From Zygnema circumcarinatum SAG 698-1b (taxonomy: Eukaryota; Plantae; Zygnematophyceae): a stretch of DNA of 64,000 bases. A program made the translations under genes and the position numbers. Positions 1 through 11,835 of this stretch are shown in pieces. Position 1 is the stretch's first letter. Each line of letters begins with the position of its first letter. Below the pieces are notes generated by a model, which was given only the letters and a program-made list of their open reading frames with translations, was not told the DNA's origin and did not search any database. Where the stretch lies: positions 8,099,909 through 8,163,908 of the forward strand of contig CM074804.1 of NCBI GenBank assembly GCA_037447605.1. Reading direction: 5' to 3'.

Positions 1-366
1 CCCTCCACTCTCTCTATCCCCCCGGACCCTCCCTTTGCGTTGATCATCTCCACAGCCTCATGACCCATCACATCCGCCGCCGCCACATCCTCCTTTAAAT
101 CTGTAAAATTGCCACTCTCAGGCCCCATCACAGCCCACAAATTATACCCAAATCTGGCCCTTAAGGAGCATGCTGTCCCTGCCTATCTCCCACCTTTTTT
201 AACGCCCAGCAAAACCCTGCCCTGCTTTTCTAGTCCTCAAAAATGTAGGGTTTCAAAACACCCTAATTGGTTTTTTTCAAAACACCCTAATTTTAATATT
301 TTTAGGTTTTCCCCTCGCCTGGGAAAACCAGCCTCGCTCTGAGCTTTGCCTGGTTAGCCATTTGAC

Positions 367-375
367 AAACCCTAA
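367..375 (+). promoter_or_regulatory. telo-box (AAACCCTAA) upstream of RRP15
   Basis: Exact aaaccctaa, with related aaaacaccctaa copies at ~254 and ~278. Telo-boxes are typical of plant ribosome-biogenesis genes. Confidence 0.5.
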
Positions 376-1040
376 AAACGCAGTGGAGGACGGTCTATGG
401 AGATATTTCAACCAATCATATGGGTCTATTATTCCACGTGGTCACTCATTGTTGGATTAAAGAAAATGGCAACTGCGCGTTAACGGCGGAGGCTGCATGT
501 GAAAGCAGGCAATCGCATAGAGTGGATCCGTGGATCACTTGGGATCAACTGGGTCTACTGAAGGTGATCAACACCAAAACAAATGACTGGGTGCAGTGTA
601 CTGTAGGTCCAACGGCGATCCAGCATTTTTGTGGATCAGGATCAACCCCAACAGACTGTCAGCGTGAACAAAATCACTTTGTCGAAGGTCCATTAATTGT
701 ATCGAGTGATTGTGTAACTTTATCAAGGGACTTTCTCCTTAGGACTGCAGCGCGCAGCCGCCTGCAAACTGATAGCAATTGCAGCCTTTGAGTTGTGGGG
801 GGGGGGGGCGGAGGGGTGGAGAGCGGGAGAGAGGGGGCTAGAGAGAGAGAGAGAGTGGGAGAAAGAGAGGGAGAGGATAGGGAGAGAGGCCTGGAGGGAG
901 AGAGCACGGGGGAAGGTGGCGAGGGGAGCCGGAGAGAAAGCAGGGAGGAAGGAGAGCACAGTGAGAGGGGGAGAGTGTGAGTGATAGTGTGGGAGAGAGA
1001 GAGAGAGAGAGAGTAAAGAGAGAGGGAGAGATTGTTAGAG

Positions 1041-3486
1041 ATGGATGTTGACACGCCATCTTTGCGAGGAGACTTGGAGGCGTCAGCTGTCCTTTCCAAT
1101 GAAGGGGAGGGAGGGAAGAAAGCGCATGTACAGAATGGAGGTGAGCTGCTTTCTATTAAACCCCAAAATTCTAATTTAGAATTCTTGAAACACGTTTTAA
1201 AAATGTCAAATTTACGATTTGGGTTTGTGGCTTTCCTTATATCTTTTAAATGGGTCCGTTGAAGATCCCATACATCTTCTTTCCCTAAGCTTTTTTTCCG
1301 TAGCAGAGGAATTCGCCTCATTTTCAATTATAAACCCATAGACGTACTCATTACAATTTTGCGGCTCAGAGTTCAAAATGGAGAATTTGAAGGATTCAAG
1401 CTGCTCTGAACCCTGCAAACTTTTTAAATTAAGATTCCCAATTTTACTTAAGAGGTTGAAATCTTCGTTTTCAATGAAGTCTTAACTGCCTTTGTTTTAA
1501 AAATCTTGAAACAAGACTCTGTAAGCCCAACAGAAATTTAACCCTTGTGCCCATTGAGACACCATCCAGAATTGAGCCTGAGTCTTATGCGCCCTCTCTT
1601 ACCCCCTTTCGCTCTCTCTCACTCACTCTCTCTCTCCCTCTCTTACTCACTCTCTCTCTCCCTCTCTTTCCCTCTCTCTTCCTCGTCCCTCCTCGCCCTC
1701 TCCCTGTTCCGGCTTCCTCTCTCACTCTCCCTCTCTTTCCCCCCCTCATGCCCTCCTTCTCCTCGCCCGGGTCCTCTCTCTGCCACTCCCTCTCTCTCTC
1801 CCTCTCTCCCTCTGTCTGGATGCTTGCAGCTCCGCAATTTAGAGCAGGAGCTGAAGAGGAGGAATTTGCGACGGCTTTTGCGAAAATTATGAACCGAAGA
1901 ATAGCTTCGCATGCTCCGGTAAACTACAACTGCAACAGTGACATGGACCAGTACGGAAAGAACCTCAATGACATGTGTGAAGGGGGGAGAGGGAGAGAGA
2001 CAGGGAGACGGAACTGGGCAGGGTATGGTAGTGGGAGTCTGATAGCAGGAGATTTACGACGATGAAGACGAGAACAAAAGATGGTTTTTCCTTCAAGTTT
2101 TAAATCCTTTGAAGTTTTCATTTTCTAAGTGTTATTATCTGTGATGCTGCAGGGTCCTATTCTTGCAGCAAAGCAGAAGCTTATAGCGGAAAAGCTTGCG
2201 GAGGGAGCAGAAACAAAGAGCAGCAAGGAACGCGCTAAAGTGAAGGTAAACTCAAAAAGAAAAGAAATTTCGTGTAACCTGTAAATCGGTGCGGCCGACT
2301 TCCTCTTATTCCTTTGTGAGGGAATCAGTAAAACTGAACTGAACTGAACTGAACTGAACTGAACTGAACTGAACTGAACTGAACGGGAGTACATGGAACA
2401 CGCAGATGAAGGTGACCCGGCGGAAGATTCCTGAGCGGCACACTGATGCATATGAACGAGCCCTTCTCAAACTTGGAACGAGAGGAGGTAGAGACTCTCT
2501 GACCCTTGGATAAGGAAAATGCGAATAACCTCAAATAGGTCAAGTAACTGATAAACTTCCAAAGTCATAGTGCTGCATAAGATGGAACTTCCCACAAGAC
2601 TTGTTAACAGGTGGTGGAAGGCAGCTGGAAAACCCTAAAATTTCAAAGCTTGGTTTGATCTTAATGTAGTTGTTGGGATTGCTGGTTGGAAAGGGTACAG
2701 TTGTGAGGCTATTTAATGCGGTGAGCCCTACCATGCCTTCTGTCTCCACTCTCTCTCTCGCTCTCTCTCACACTCCCACTTTCCTTCTCTCACGTCTTCT
2801 CTGTCGCCCTTTCGTTGTTGTTTGTTCGCTTTTGCACCCCCCTTTCCATTTTGATCTCTCTTGCAACAGCGTTTCCTCTCTTTCTTGTCCTTTTTTCCCA
2901 TGCAGGTCAGCAAGGCGCAGCAACAGAGTTCAAGTCCCGCCGTGCAAGCAGGTATGCCCTCCCCACCTCCCTCTCCCTCTCTCACTCCCTCCATCTTCCC
3001 CCCCTCTCTCTCTCTCTCTCCCCTCGCTCAAACTCAAATACAAAACGACTTTTTTTTTGTCTTTGTGTGGTGTTAAAAAGGGACCAAACGTAATTCAACG
3101 CTACTCGAAGAGTTGAGAGGGACAGCATCAAAGGCAGTTGCTAGCGGAGCTGCAGTAAGTCATCTCTGCATTTAATCCCAAAGCCCATCAAGCCTATTGG
3201 CCTAATGTTAAAGCCCTATAAACGTCATGAGTGTTTTCTGTAAGCCATTGCTGGGATTGTCTGGAGATAAATGAAGAGAGGGAAAGAGGTGAAAGGGAGA
3301 GGAGAGGAGAGGAGAGGGCGAAATGGGGATATACCCGAAAAGGGTCATGATAAAGTGTCTATTATTTAAAATTTGGAGGCTGTTGGGAGGGTCTTGCAGA
3401 GAGAGAGCGAGGCACCCGGATGGGATGTGTTGCGAGAGGGTGCGGAGATGCTTGCGCCTCCCAAAATGAAGCATTGGGATACACTC
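1041..3486 (+). CDS. RRP15: RRP15-like 60S ribosome biogenesis protein (last exon not found)
   Basis: Phase-consistent GT-AG exons 1041-1140, 1830-1918, 2153-2245, 2406-2487, 2701-2720, 2906-2951, 3081-3154, 3400-3486 give ...FATAFAKIM...GPILAAKQK...ERALLKLGTRGVVRLFNAVSKAQ...PGWDVLREG...KMKHWDTL. This matches the RRP15 motifs (ATxGVVxLFNAV; WxVLR; KxWD). No stop codon found; the terminal exon may lie in or after a gap. Confidence 0.85.
2332..2384 (+). repeat. (AACTG)n pentanucleotide microsatellite in an RRP15 intron (also 3551-3598)
   Basis: About 10 direct copies of aactg. Confidence 0.95.
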
Positions 3487-3540
3487 GTGAGTCTCTCCTT
3501 CCCCCCCCCTCTCTCTCTCTCTCTCTCTCGCTCCCTTCGT

Positions 3541-3550
3541 NNNNNNNNNN
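3541..3550. other. Assembly gap (10 N); others at 4745-4754, 12769-12778 and 43196-43205
   Basis: Runs of n, each next to low-complexity sequence. Confidence 0.99.
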
Positions 3551-4744
3551 AACTGAACTGAACTGAACTGAACTGAACTGAACTGAACTGAACTGAACGG
3601 GAGTACATGGAACACGCAGATGAAGGTGACCCGGCGGAAGATTCCTGAGCGGCACACTGATGCATATGAACGAGCCCTTCTCAAACTTGGAACGAGAGGA
3701 GGTAGAGACTCTCTGACCCTTGGATAAGGAAAATGCGAATAACCTCAAATAGGTCAAGTAACTGATAAACTTCCAAAGTCATAGTGCTGCATAAGATGGA
3801 ACTTCCCACAAGACTTGTTAACAGGTGGTGGAAGGCAGCTGGAAAACCCTAAAATTTCAAAGCTTGGTTTGATCTTAATGTAGTTGTTGGGATTGCTGGT
3901 TGGAAAGGGTACAGTTGTGAGGCTATTTAATGCGGTGAGCCCTACCATGCCTTCTGTCTCCACTCTCTCTCTCGCTCTCTCTCACACTCCCACTTTCCTT
4001 CTCTCACGTCTTCTCTGTCGCCCTTTCGTTGTTGTTTGTTCGCTTTTGCACCCCCCTTTCCATTTTGATCTCTCTTGCAACAGCGTTTCCTCTCTTTCTT
4101 GTCCTTTTTTCCCATGCAGGTCAGCAAGGCGCAGCAACAGAGTTCAAGTCCCGCCGTGCAAGCAGGTATGCCCTCCCCACCTCCCTCTCCCTCTCTCACT
4201 CCCTCCATCTTCCCCCCCTCTCTCTCTCTCTCTCCCCTCGCTCAAACTCAAATACAAAACGACTTTTTTTTTGTCTTTGTGTGGTGTTAAAAAGGGACCA
4301 AACGTAATTCAACGCTACTCGAAGAGTTGAGAGGGACAGCATCAAAGGCAGTTGCTAGCGGAGCTGCAGTAAGTCATCTCTGCATTTAATCCCAAAGCCC
4401 ATCAAGCCTATTGGCCTAATGTTAAAGCCCTATAAACGTCATGAGTGTTTTCTGTAAGCCATTGCTGGGATTGTCTGGAGATAAATGAAGAGAGGGAAAG
4501 AGGTGAAAGGGAGAGGAGAGGAGAGGAGAGGGCGAAATGGGGATATACCCGAAAAGGGTCATGATAAAGTGTCTATTATTTAAAATTTGGAGGCTGTTGG
4601 GAGGGTCTTGCAGAGAGAGAGCGAGGCACCCGGATGGGATGTGTTGCGAGAGGGTGCGGAGATGCTTGCGCCTCCCAAAATGAAGCATTGGGATACACTC
4701 GTGAGTCTCTCCTTCCCCCCCCCTCTCTCTCTCTCTCTCTCTCG
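3551..4744 (+). repeat. Second copy of 2337-3530 (offset 1214 bp), repeating five RRP15 exons
   Basis: ORFs recur at +1214 (2540/3754, 2670/3884, 2728/3942). Segments I compared are identical, including microsatellite lengths. Bounded by N gaps at 3541-3550 and 4745-4754. Confidence 0.95.
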
Positions 4745-5529
4745 NNNNNNNNNNCCCCCCCCCCCCCCCCCCTGCCCCCCTCCAAAAGAACAGAGTGTAG
4801 TACCATTCCGAAAGTTTCAAGAGAACCTCATGGACCTTGTCTATCCTCCTTCGGTGGTTCTTCCTCGTGGTTCCCCATGATGCTGATTCTGTCCATGTAC
4901 ATTTGATGGCATCATCGCCACCGTGAGATCAACGCCACATCTTCAACTCTTCGTAGCGTTTATTCATTACACGTAGAAAGCTAAACCCCTTGCGGAGCAC
5001 TCACCATATAAGAAGGCATGCGGGTGTTGGCGGGTTCAGGAGAGCGGGAAGGCGGAGGACATTCAAATACAGTCTGACAGTGACGGCGACATGTAGGACG
5101 CGACCGATCTTCGGTCGATGGTTCGGTCAATTGGGCCATGGTTTGGAAAAAGAAAGGAAATGAAGGAAACCCAAGTCGGGATTCCATTGCAGTCTTTAAC
5201 AATGTTGGATGCATTGCTCAACAATTTGCAAATTTGAGATCTTGTTGTGGTGCTGTGGAGGCTGCTCCATTCAACAGCAAGCGATGGGTTGAGTTTCGTG
5301 AAGGAGGAAGCACTCAAACGTCCGTTCACACCTTCGTTTGAATTCCAAACATCGCCCACTTCGTTCACATAAGCGGTCGCCATGCTCTACCACCACCACG
5401 TGGACAAACTCTTTCTGGGGCTGACCAAGATAAGGGTTAGACGCACACGCGAGCACAGGGGCACAATACTAAGATTCTACGGCTCTCTAAAGTTTGCATT
5501 GCGCCATATGCCCAGCCAAAGCTCTCCTT

Positions 5530-7520
5530 CCTTTCACCTCTCTCTCACCCTCCTTTCACCCCTCTCCCCCGTATCTCACGCCTCTCTCTCCCTCTCACCC
5601 CTCTCTCGCCCTCCCCTCACCCCTCTCTCACCCTCACCTCACCCCTCTCTCGCCCTCCCCTCACCCCTCTCTCACCCTCCCTCACCCCTCTCACCCTCCC
5701 TCACCCCTCTCACCCCTCTCGCACCCTCCCTCACCCCTCCTGCACCCTCCCTCACCCCTCTTCTCGCCCTCCCTCACCCCTCTCTCACCCTCCCCTCACC
5801 CTCTCTCATCCTCCCCTCACCCCTCTCTCAATCCTCCCCTCACCCCTCTCTCGCCCTCACCCCTCTCTCACCCTCCCCTCACCCCTCTCTCACCCTCCCC
5901 TCACCCCTCTCTCGCCCTCCCCTCACCCCTCTCTCACCCTCCCCTCACCCCTCTCTCTCACCCTCCCCTCACCCCTCTCGCACCCTCCCCTCACCCCTCT
6001 CTCACCCTCCCCTCACCCCTCTCTCGCCCTCCCCTCACCCCTCTCGCACCCTCCCCTCACCCCTCTCCCGCCCCCCCCTCCCCCCTCTCTCCCCCTCCCC
6101 CCTCCCCCCTCTCTCGCCCCCCCCTCACCCCTCTCGCGCCCTCCCCTCACCCCTCTCTCGCCCTCCCCTCACCCCTCTCTCACCCTCCCCACCCTCCCCT
6201 CACCACTCTCTCGCCCTCCCCTCACCCCTCTCTCGCCCTCCCCTCACCCCTCTCTCACCCTCCCCTCCCCTCATCCTCCCCTCTCTCTCACCCTCCCCTC
6301 ACCCCTCTCTCACCCTCCCCTCACCCCTCTCTCGCCCTCCCCTCACCCCTCTCTCACCCTCCCCTCACCCCTCTCTCACCCTCCCCTCACCCCTCTCTCG
6401 CCCTCCCCTCACCCCTCTCGCACCCTCCCCTCACCCCTCTCGCACCCTCCCCTCACCCCTCTCTCTCTCACCCTCCCCTCACCCCTCTCTCGCCCTCCCC
6501 TCACCCCTCTCGCACCCTCCCCTCACCCCTCACCCCTCTCTCCCTCCCCTCCCCTCACCCTCCCCTCACCCCTCTCTCACCCTCCCCTCACCCCTCTCTC
6601 GCCCTCCCCTCACCCCTCTCTCACCCTCCCCTCACCCCTCTCTCTCTCACCCTCCCCTCACCCCTCTCTCACCCTCCCCTCACCCCCTCACCCCTCTCTC
6701 GCCCTCCCCTCACCCCTCTCTCACCCTCACCTCACCCCTCTCTCGCCCTCCCCTCACCCCTCTCTCACCCTCCCCTCACCCCTCTCTCGCCCTCCCCTCA
6801 CCCCTCTCCGCACCCTCCCCTCACCCCTCTCTCGCCCTCCCCTCACCCCTCTCGCACCCCTCTCTCACCCTCCCTTCACCCCTCTCGCCCTCCCCTCACC
6901 CCTCTCTCGCCCTCCCTCTCACCCCTCTCTCTCTCCTCCCTCCCCTCACCCTCCCCTCACCCCTCTCTCGCCCTCCCCTCACCCCTCCCCTCTCTCACCC
7001 TCCCCTCACCCCTCTCTCGCCCTCCCCTCACCCCTCTCGCACCCTCCCTCTCTCGCACCCCTCGCACCCTCCCCTCACCACTCTCTCGCCCTCCCCTCAC
7101 CCCTCTCTCGCCCTCCCCTCACCCCTCTCGCACCCTCGCACCCTCCCCTCACCCCTCTCGCCCTCCCCTCACCCCTCTCTCACCTCCCTCACCCCTCTCG
7201 CCCTCCCTCACCCCTCTCTCACCCTCCCCTCACCCCTCTCTCGCCCTCCCCTCACCCCTCTCGCACCCTCCCCTCACCCCTCTCGCACCCTCCCCTCACC
7301 CCTCTCTCGCCCTCCCCTCACCCCTCTCTCACCCTCCCCTCACCCCTCTCTCATCCTCCCCTCACCCCCCTCACCCCTCTCTCACCCCTCCTCACCCTCC
7401 CCTCACCCCTCTCTCATCCTCCCCTCACCCCTCTCGCATCCTCCCCTCACCCCTCTCGCACCCTCCCCTCACCCCTCTCTCGCCCTCCCCTCACCCCTCT
7501 CCCATCCTCCCCTCACCCCT
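5530..7520. repeat. ~2 kb minisatellite, ~22-bp unit (C[A/G]CCCTCCCCTCACCCCTCTCT)
   Basis: Dozens of degenerate tandem copies are visible. They explain the 747-aa and 676-aa P/L/S ORFs. Confidence 0.95.
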
Positions 7521-7747
7521 CTAACTCCCTCATCGTTCCCTCGTTCCTCTCACGCCCAAACATGTCACATCACGTCCTCGTTTTGGCGCGCTCTATCTGA
7601 AACGGTTCACACGAACCCCAAATAGCCAAAAACCCATCCTGACATTTCTGAACCCGTTCACACGGTCCCCCTCTTCCCTCGAATCGATTTTTTGCCCAGA
7701 AAAAAACCCGTTTCCTTCCAGCCCCGTGTGAACGCCTGGAACCGGTT

Positions 7748-7755
7748 TAGGGTTT
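7748..7755 (-). promoter_or_regulatory. telo-box (TAGGGTTT) upstream of RPL5
   Basis: Exact motif ~90 bp before the RPL5 ATG. Confidence 0.55.
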
Positions 7756-7845
7756 TCCCGCCCCCTCTGAAAAGGGCTCCCGCGAGACGAAGTCGCCCTC
7801 TCCGCTGCGCTCCAACAGCGAGTGGCGCCGCCCTAAGCCGCCGCC

Positions 7846-10800
7846 ATGGTTGGCCGCCCTCTCCCTTTCCCTCTCCCCCACTCCCTCCCTTTCCCTCTCT
7901 CCCTCCCTTTTCCTCTGCCTCTCCCTCTCTCCCTCTCCCTCACTCTCTCCCTCTGTCTCTTTCTCCCTCACTCTCGTTCACTGTCTGTCTCTTTCACTCT
8001 CCATCCCATTGTCTCTTTCCGGCCGCCTCGCTCTCGCTCTGCTCTGCTGGTCTCTATCGCCGTGGCTGGACGGACGATGTTTTGGGGCTGATTTTCCGTG
8101 GCGTTGTGGACTTGCAGGCCAAGGCTTTCGCAAAGACGCAGAAAACTAAGGCGTATTACAAGCGGTACCAGGTCAAATATGCGCGTCGCCGAGGTATTGC
8201 TCGGCTGCCCCTAGTGAGGGATGCATGCAGCTGGCGGGGTTTTAGGGTTCAGAAAAAGCAAGGTTCAGGAAAGCAGGCCTTGCGACTTGCAAACTATACT
8301 GGGATTCGGTGAGGGTTTTGGTATGAAGAATGCTGGTGGCTTCGAGATTGTCGCTGCTAGGAGAGAAAGCGCTTCAATTACTGGAAGAATTCCGGGGTTG
8401 TTGTTTGGGCCTAGCAACATCTCGCGCATCCCCCCCACCCCCCTCCCATTTTCTTTCATACAATATTGCTTTTGTTGAGAGGGTTATCGTTTGCTTTTCT
8501 TCTGCAGCTGGAAAGACAGACTACCGCGCTCGGCTTCGTCTGATCACTCAGGACAAGAACAAATACAACACTCCCAAGTACCGCATGGTCGTTCGCTTTG
8601 TATCCATTTCAAACGCAGCAGTTGAGCAGGGTCAGGCTGAGATTAGGGTTAAGGGGTTCATTTTTTATCCTCACTGCAGCTTGCTTTCCTCGCTGAGCAG
8701 AGGAATGCCGCCAGACATGTGTCATCACAATCCGACCGCCTGATCATGTATGAAAGCTTGATAGTTTCGCTAATGGAATGTTTCCAATTCAAATACATGC
8801 GTTGAGGAAGGTACACCTTGACCCTACAAACTGTAAAACAGACACGCAGGGATATCATCGCTCAGGTTGTGTATGCCACTCTTGCGGGAGATATCACGGT
8901 CTGCTCCGCGTACTCTCACGAGCTCCCTCGCTACGGCTTGAAGGTCGGCCTGACAAACTATTCTGCAGGTATGGACTGAAACTGAGTTCGAACTCAATTT
9001 GAATTTAACTTGTTGGTTACCTACTCTAATCTGAAGGCAAAATTGGATACAACTAGAGATGGTTTCTCGTGGGGGAAGTGAGGATCTGTGTCTGACACAG
9101 AGTGAGGCTTGGCATGCATCGCCACTGGCTTTTACAGTGAATTCACCCACCTTTACAGAAGCCTCCGGATGTTATCAATTTAAATTTAGCTGTACGACTG
9201 ATAGATTAGTTTGAAGGGTTAATGATAGATTGAATTGTCGACCTTTGCTTGCTTTTGGAGTGTTTCTATGTACCCTTTTCCTGGAGATAGTTGATGACAT
9301 TACCGATAACCGAACAAGAACGGATATGCAAGAGCAGAACAGTATGAATGGAGTGACACATGGAAACAGAAAAGTGAACGAATAGGCACAGGGAAGGTTT
9401 GGTTTTGACATTTGCACACTTGGGTGAGGCCGTGCAGCTTACTGCACCGGCCTGCTCCTTGCTCGCCGCATCCTTCAGAAGTACGGGCTCGACTCCGAAT
9501 ATGAGGGCTGCACTGATGTAAGCACCACACTAATTCGAACTATTGAGACTCTTCTTCCTCCGGAGGGGGAAGACCAGGCCTTGCGCTATTAAAGTGCATT
9601 CTTAGGGTTTGTTTGAAGATGTAGATAGTTGCGCACTGAGAAAGGCCCCCCTTGAGCCTCTAGAAGATTAATTACGCCGTGGTTTGGAAGTTGCTTTCTA
9701 ATGCGATATAGTGCACAAGGACTAAAATGCAGTGGACTGTTTATTTGAGTGCCTTATTTCATCAATTCATGGACACATTTGCTGCTGCACATGGACAATT
9801 GATTTGAACTTCTTTTGATATGTCTCTCCTTCCCACCCTCCCTCCCTCTTATCTCCCTTCCTCTCTTCCTCTCTCTCGGTGGTTGTAGGTGACTGGAGAG
9901 GATTACAACGTGGAGCCAGGGGAAGGCAAGCAGCCCTTCAAGGTCCTCCTTGATGTTGGCCTCGTCAGGACTACAACTGGCAACCGCGTGTTTGGCGCTC
10001 TCAAGGTATTGTGAAAGAAATGGAGAGAGGTGTACTCATAAAAGTTGATAGTTTACTGTATGGTTATGGTAATGGTTGGTGTTAAGTGATTCTATGGAGT
10101 AATGACTGTACTTTTTGCGGCCTTCTGCAATATTCTGAGTGGTCCTTTGAGACTGAGGCTATTGAGTAGATTTGGTAGATCACTGTTTGCACGAACAATC
10201 TCCTTGTGTAGCAGCGCTCTCTGCATCTAGACAAATGCAGCACAAAGAGATGAGCTTCGCTTAGTGAGGCGCAGACGAAAAAATCGACAGTGCATCCATC
10301 AGTATCATCTCTTTTCATGCCTTCATTGTAGGAGAAAGGAGAGAGAAAATTCCAAAATCCAGCTTGATAGATGTGTTATCCTCCACTCTGTGAAGCCAAA
10401 AGGGGCCGTTGACTTCCAATCCCTGCTATTCTAGGGTTAGCTTTCCTGTTCAGAAAGCTCATCCGTCAACACAATCCCTTGGATCTCACATTCGGACAGG
10501 AAGTCTTGAACTCTTTTAGATGTTTACGGTTGACTTTATTGTACGATATGTAGGAACTTAGCCAGTTCAGTATCACAGCCTGGAGTGGAGAATGGCTGCT
10601 TCGTTTGCAGGGAGCTCTTGATGGCGGTCTGGAGGTTCCCCACAATGAGAAAAGATTCCCCGGGTTCATGAGTGACGGCAAGGGAGAGGCCAAGTTGGAC
10701 GCAGAAGTGCACCGCAAATATATCTATGGAGGACACGTCAGCGAGTACATGGAGGTGCTTCCTACACTCCTACGTCAAACTAAAAAGGATGCCTTTTTTC

Positions 10801-11274
10801 TGTCTCTTTTTTGTGCTAACCCTAATTCTGTTTTGTGGGTGTGTTCTGGTGCAGCTGCTGCAAGAAGAGGAGCCCGAGAAGTATCAGTCCCACTTTGCCA
10901 AATTTCTGGCGGAGGACCTTGAGCCCGACAGCCTGGAAGAACTCTACAAGGGCGTGCACGAGGCCATCCGGGCGGACCCCTCTTCTAAGCTCACTGAGAA
11001 GACCGCACCCGAGGAGCCCAGGAGGTGCTCCCTCTCTCTCTCTCTCACCCTCACTCTCTCTGTCTCTCTCTGTCGCCTGCCTCTCTCTCTCGCTTTCGCC
11101 CTCCCTCCGTACACTCCCTCCCCCTCACATAGTCTCTCTCTCATCGATGCCTGCAGCTGGAAGATGAAGAAGCTGACGTACGACGAGAGGAGGGCCAACT
11201 TGTTGAAGCGTCTGACTGCTTTGAACGAGGGCACTGCGGCGGAGGGTGATGAGGAGGAGGAGGACGACGAGTAA
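7846..11274 (+). CDS. RPL5: 60S ribosomal protein L5 (uL18)
   Basis: Exons 7846-7848 (ATG only), 8118-8193, 8508-8599, 8842-8968, 9438-9517, 9889-10005, 10611-10754, 10855-11024, 11157-11274. Translation includes [82 protein letters not shown] and an acidic tail. Confidence 0.98.
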
Positions 11275-11730
11275 GTAGCCTGTGGGGGGCCCTCAGCCGG
11301 AGGGAGTGCAGGCCGCGTGCTGGCAGGCGGAGCGGGCTTTTGGCAAAAGTGCGACGCACACTCTGTAGGATTTAATGGAGAAGGCGTGTTTTTCCTCTAC
11401 TTGGAGCTGCTCAGGCGTTCCATGTGTTGGCTGCCTGGAAGGCTGTGCACTCGATGGGGCTGGTTTGGCTTTCTATGTGTTCTGAAAGGGAATGCGGTCG
11501 TTCACCGCTGAATGGCTGAATGGCTGAATTGCCATGTGTGGAACGCCGGGAGTGGACCATGGCACGATGGCAAAAGAGCAAACAATGACATGTCATAGTG
11601 AAGTTGATGGCACACCACCCACCCGTGGCCGTGGGTTCACAAGTCGTCTAATTTGTGCCTACAGAGTGCGTGTCACTTCAGCACGAATGATGATCGAATT
11701 GCATTAGGACATCCGAATTGCATTAGGGCA

Positions 11731-11835
11731 TCTCCCTCTCTCTCTCTCCCTCCCTCTCTCCCTCTCTCCCTCTCTCCCTCTCTCCCTCTCTCCCTCTCTC
11801 CCTCTCTCCCTCTCCCTCTCCCTCTCCCTCTCTTT
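11731..11835. repeat. (CT)/(CTCTCC)n microsatellite preceded by a 14-bp direct repeat (cgaattgcattagg x2)
   Basis: Seen directly, downstream of RPL5. Confidence 0.85.

Noticed and set aside
1-175. 5' exon(s) of a minus-strand gene divergent from RRP15 (DLKEDVAAADVMGHEAVEMINAKGG)
   Set aside because: A plausible acceptor exists near 103, but the start, phase and product cannot be established at the window edge.
674-1327. 217-aa minus-strand ORF
   Set aside because: Antisense to RRP15 exon 1 and its GA-rich leader; mostly low complexity.
5063-5456. Possible Myb/SANT-like (Harbinger-type) transposon ORF remnant on the minus strand
   Set aside because: Only a vague resemblance; no DDE transposase or TIRs seen.
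5382-7625. 747-aa and 676-aa Pro/Leu/Ser ORFs (extensin-like)
   Set aside because: Open only because the 22-bp repeat lacks stop triplets on the + strand. The unit length is not a multiple of 3 and several frames are equally open.
8969-10610. Intronic snoRNAs in RPL5 (TGAGGA/CTGA boxes in intron 4; hairpin plus AGATTA in intron 5; aagagatga/tcatctctt IR in intron 6)
   Set aside because: Box spacing is atypical and I recognised no rRNA-complementary guide. An Infernal/Rfam or snoscan run would be needed.
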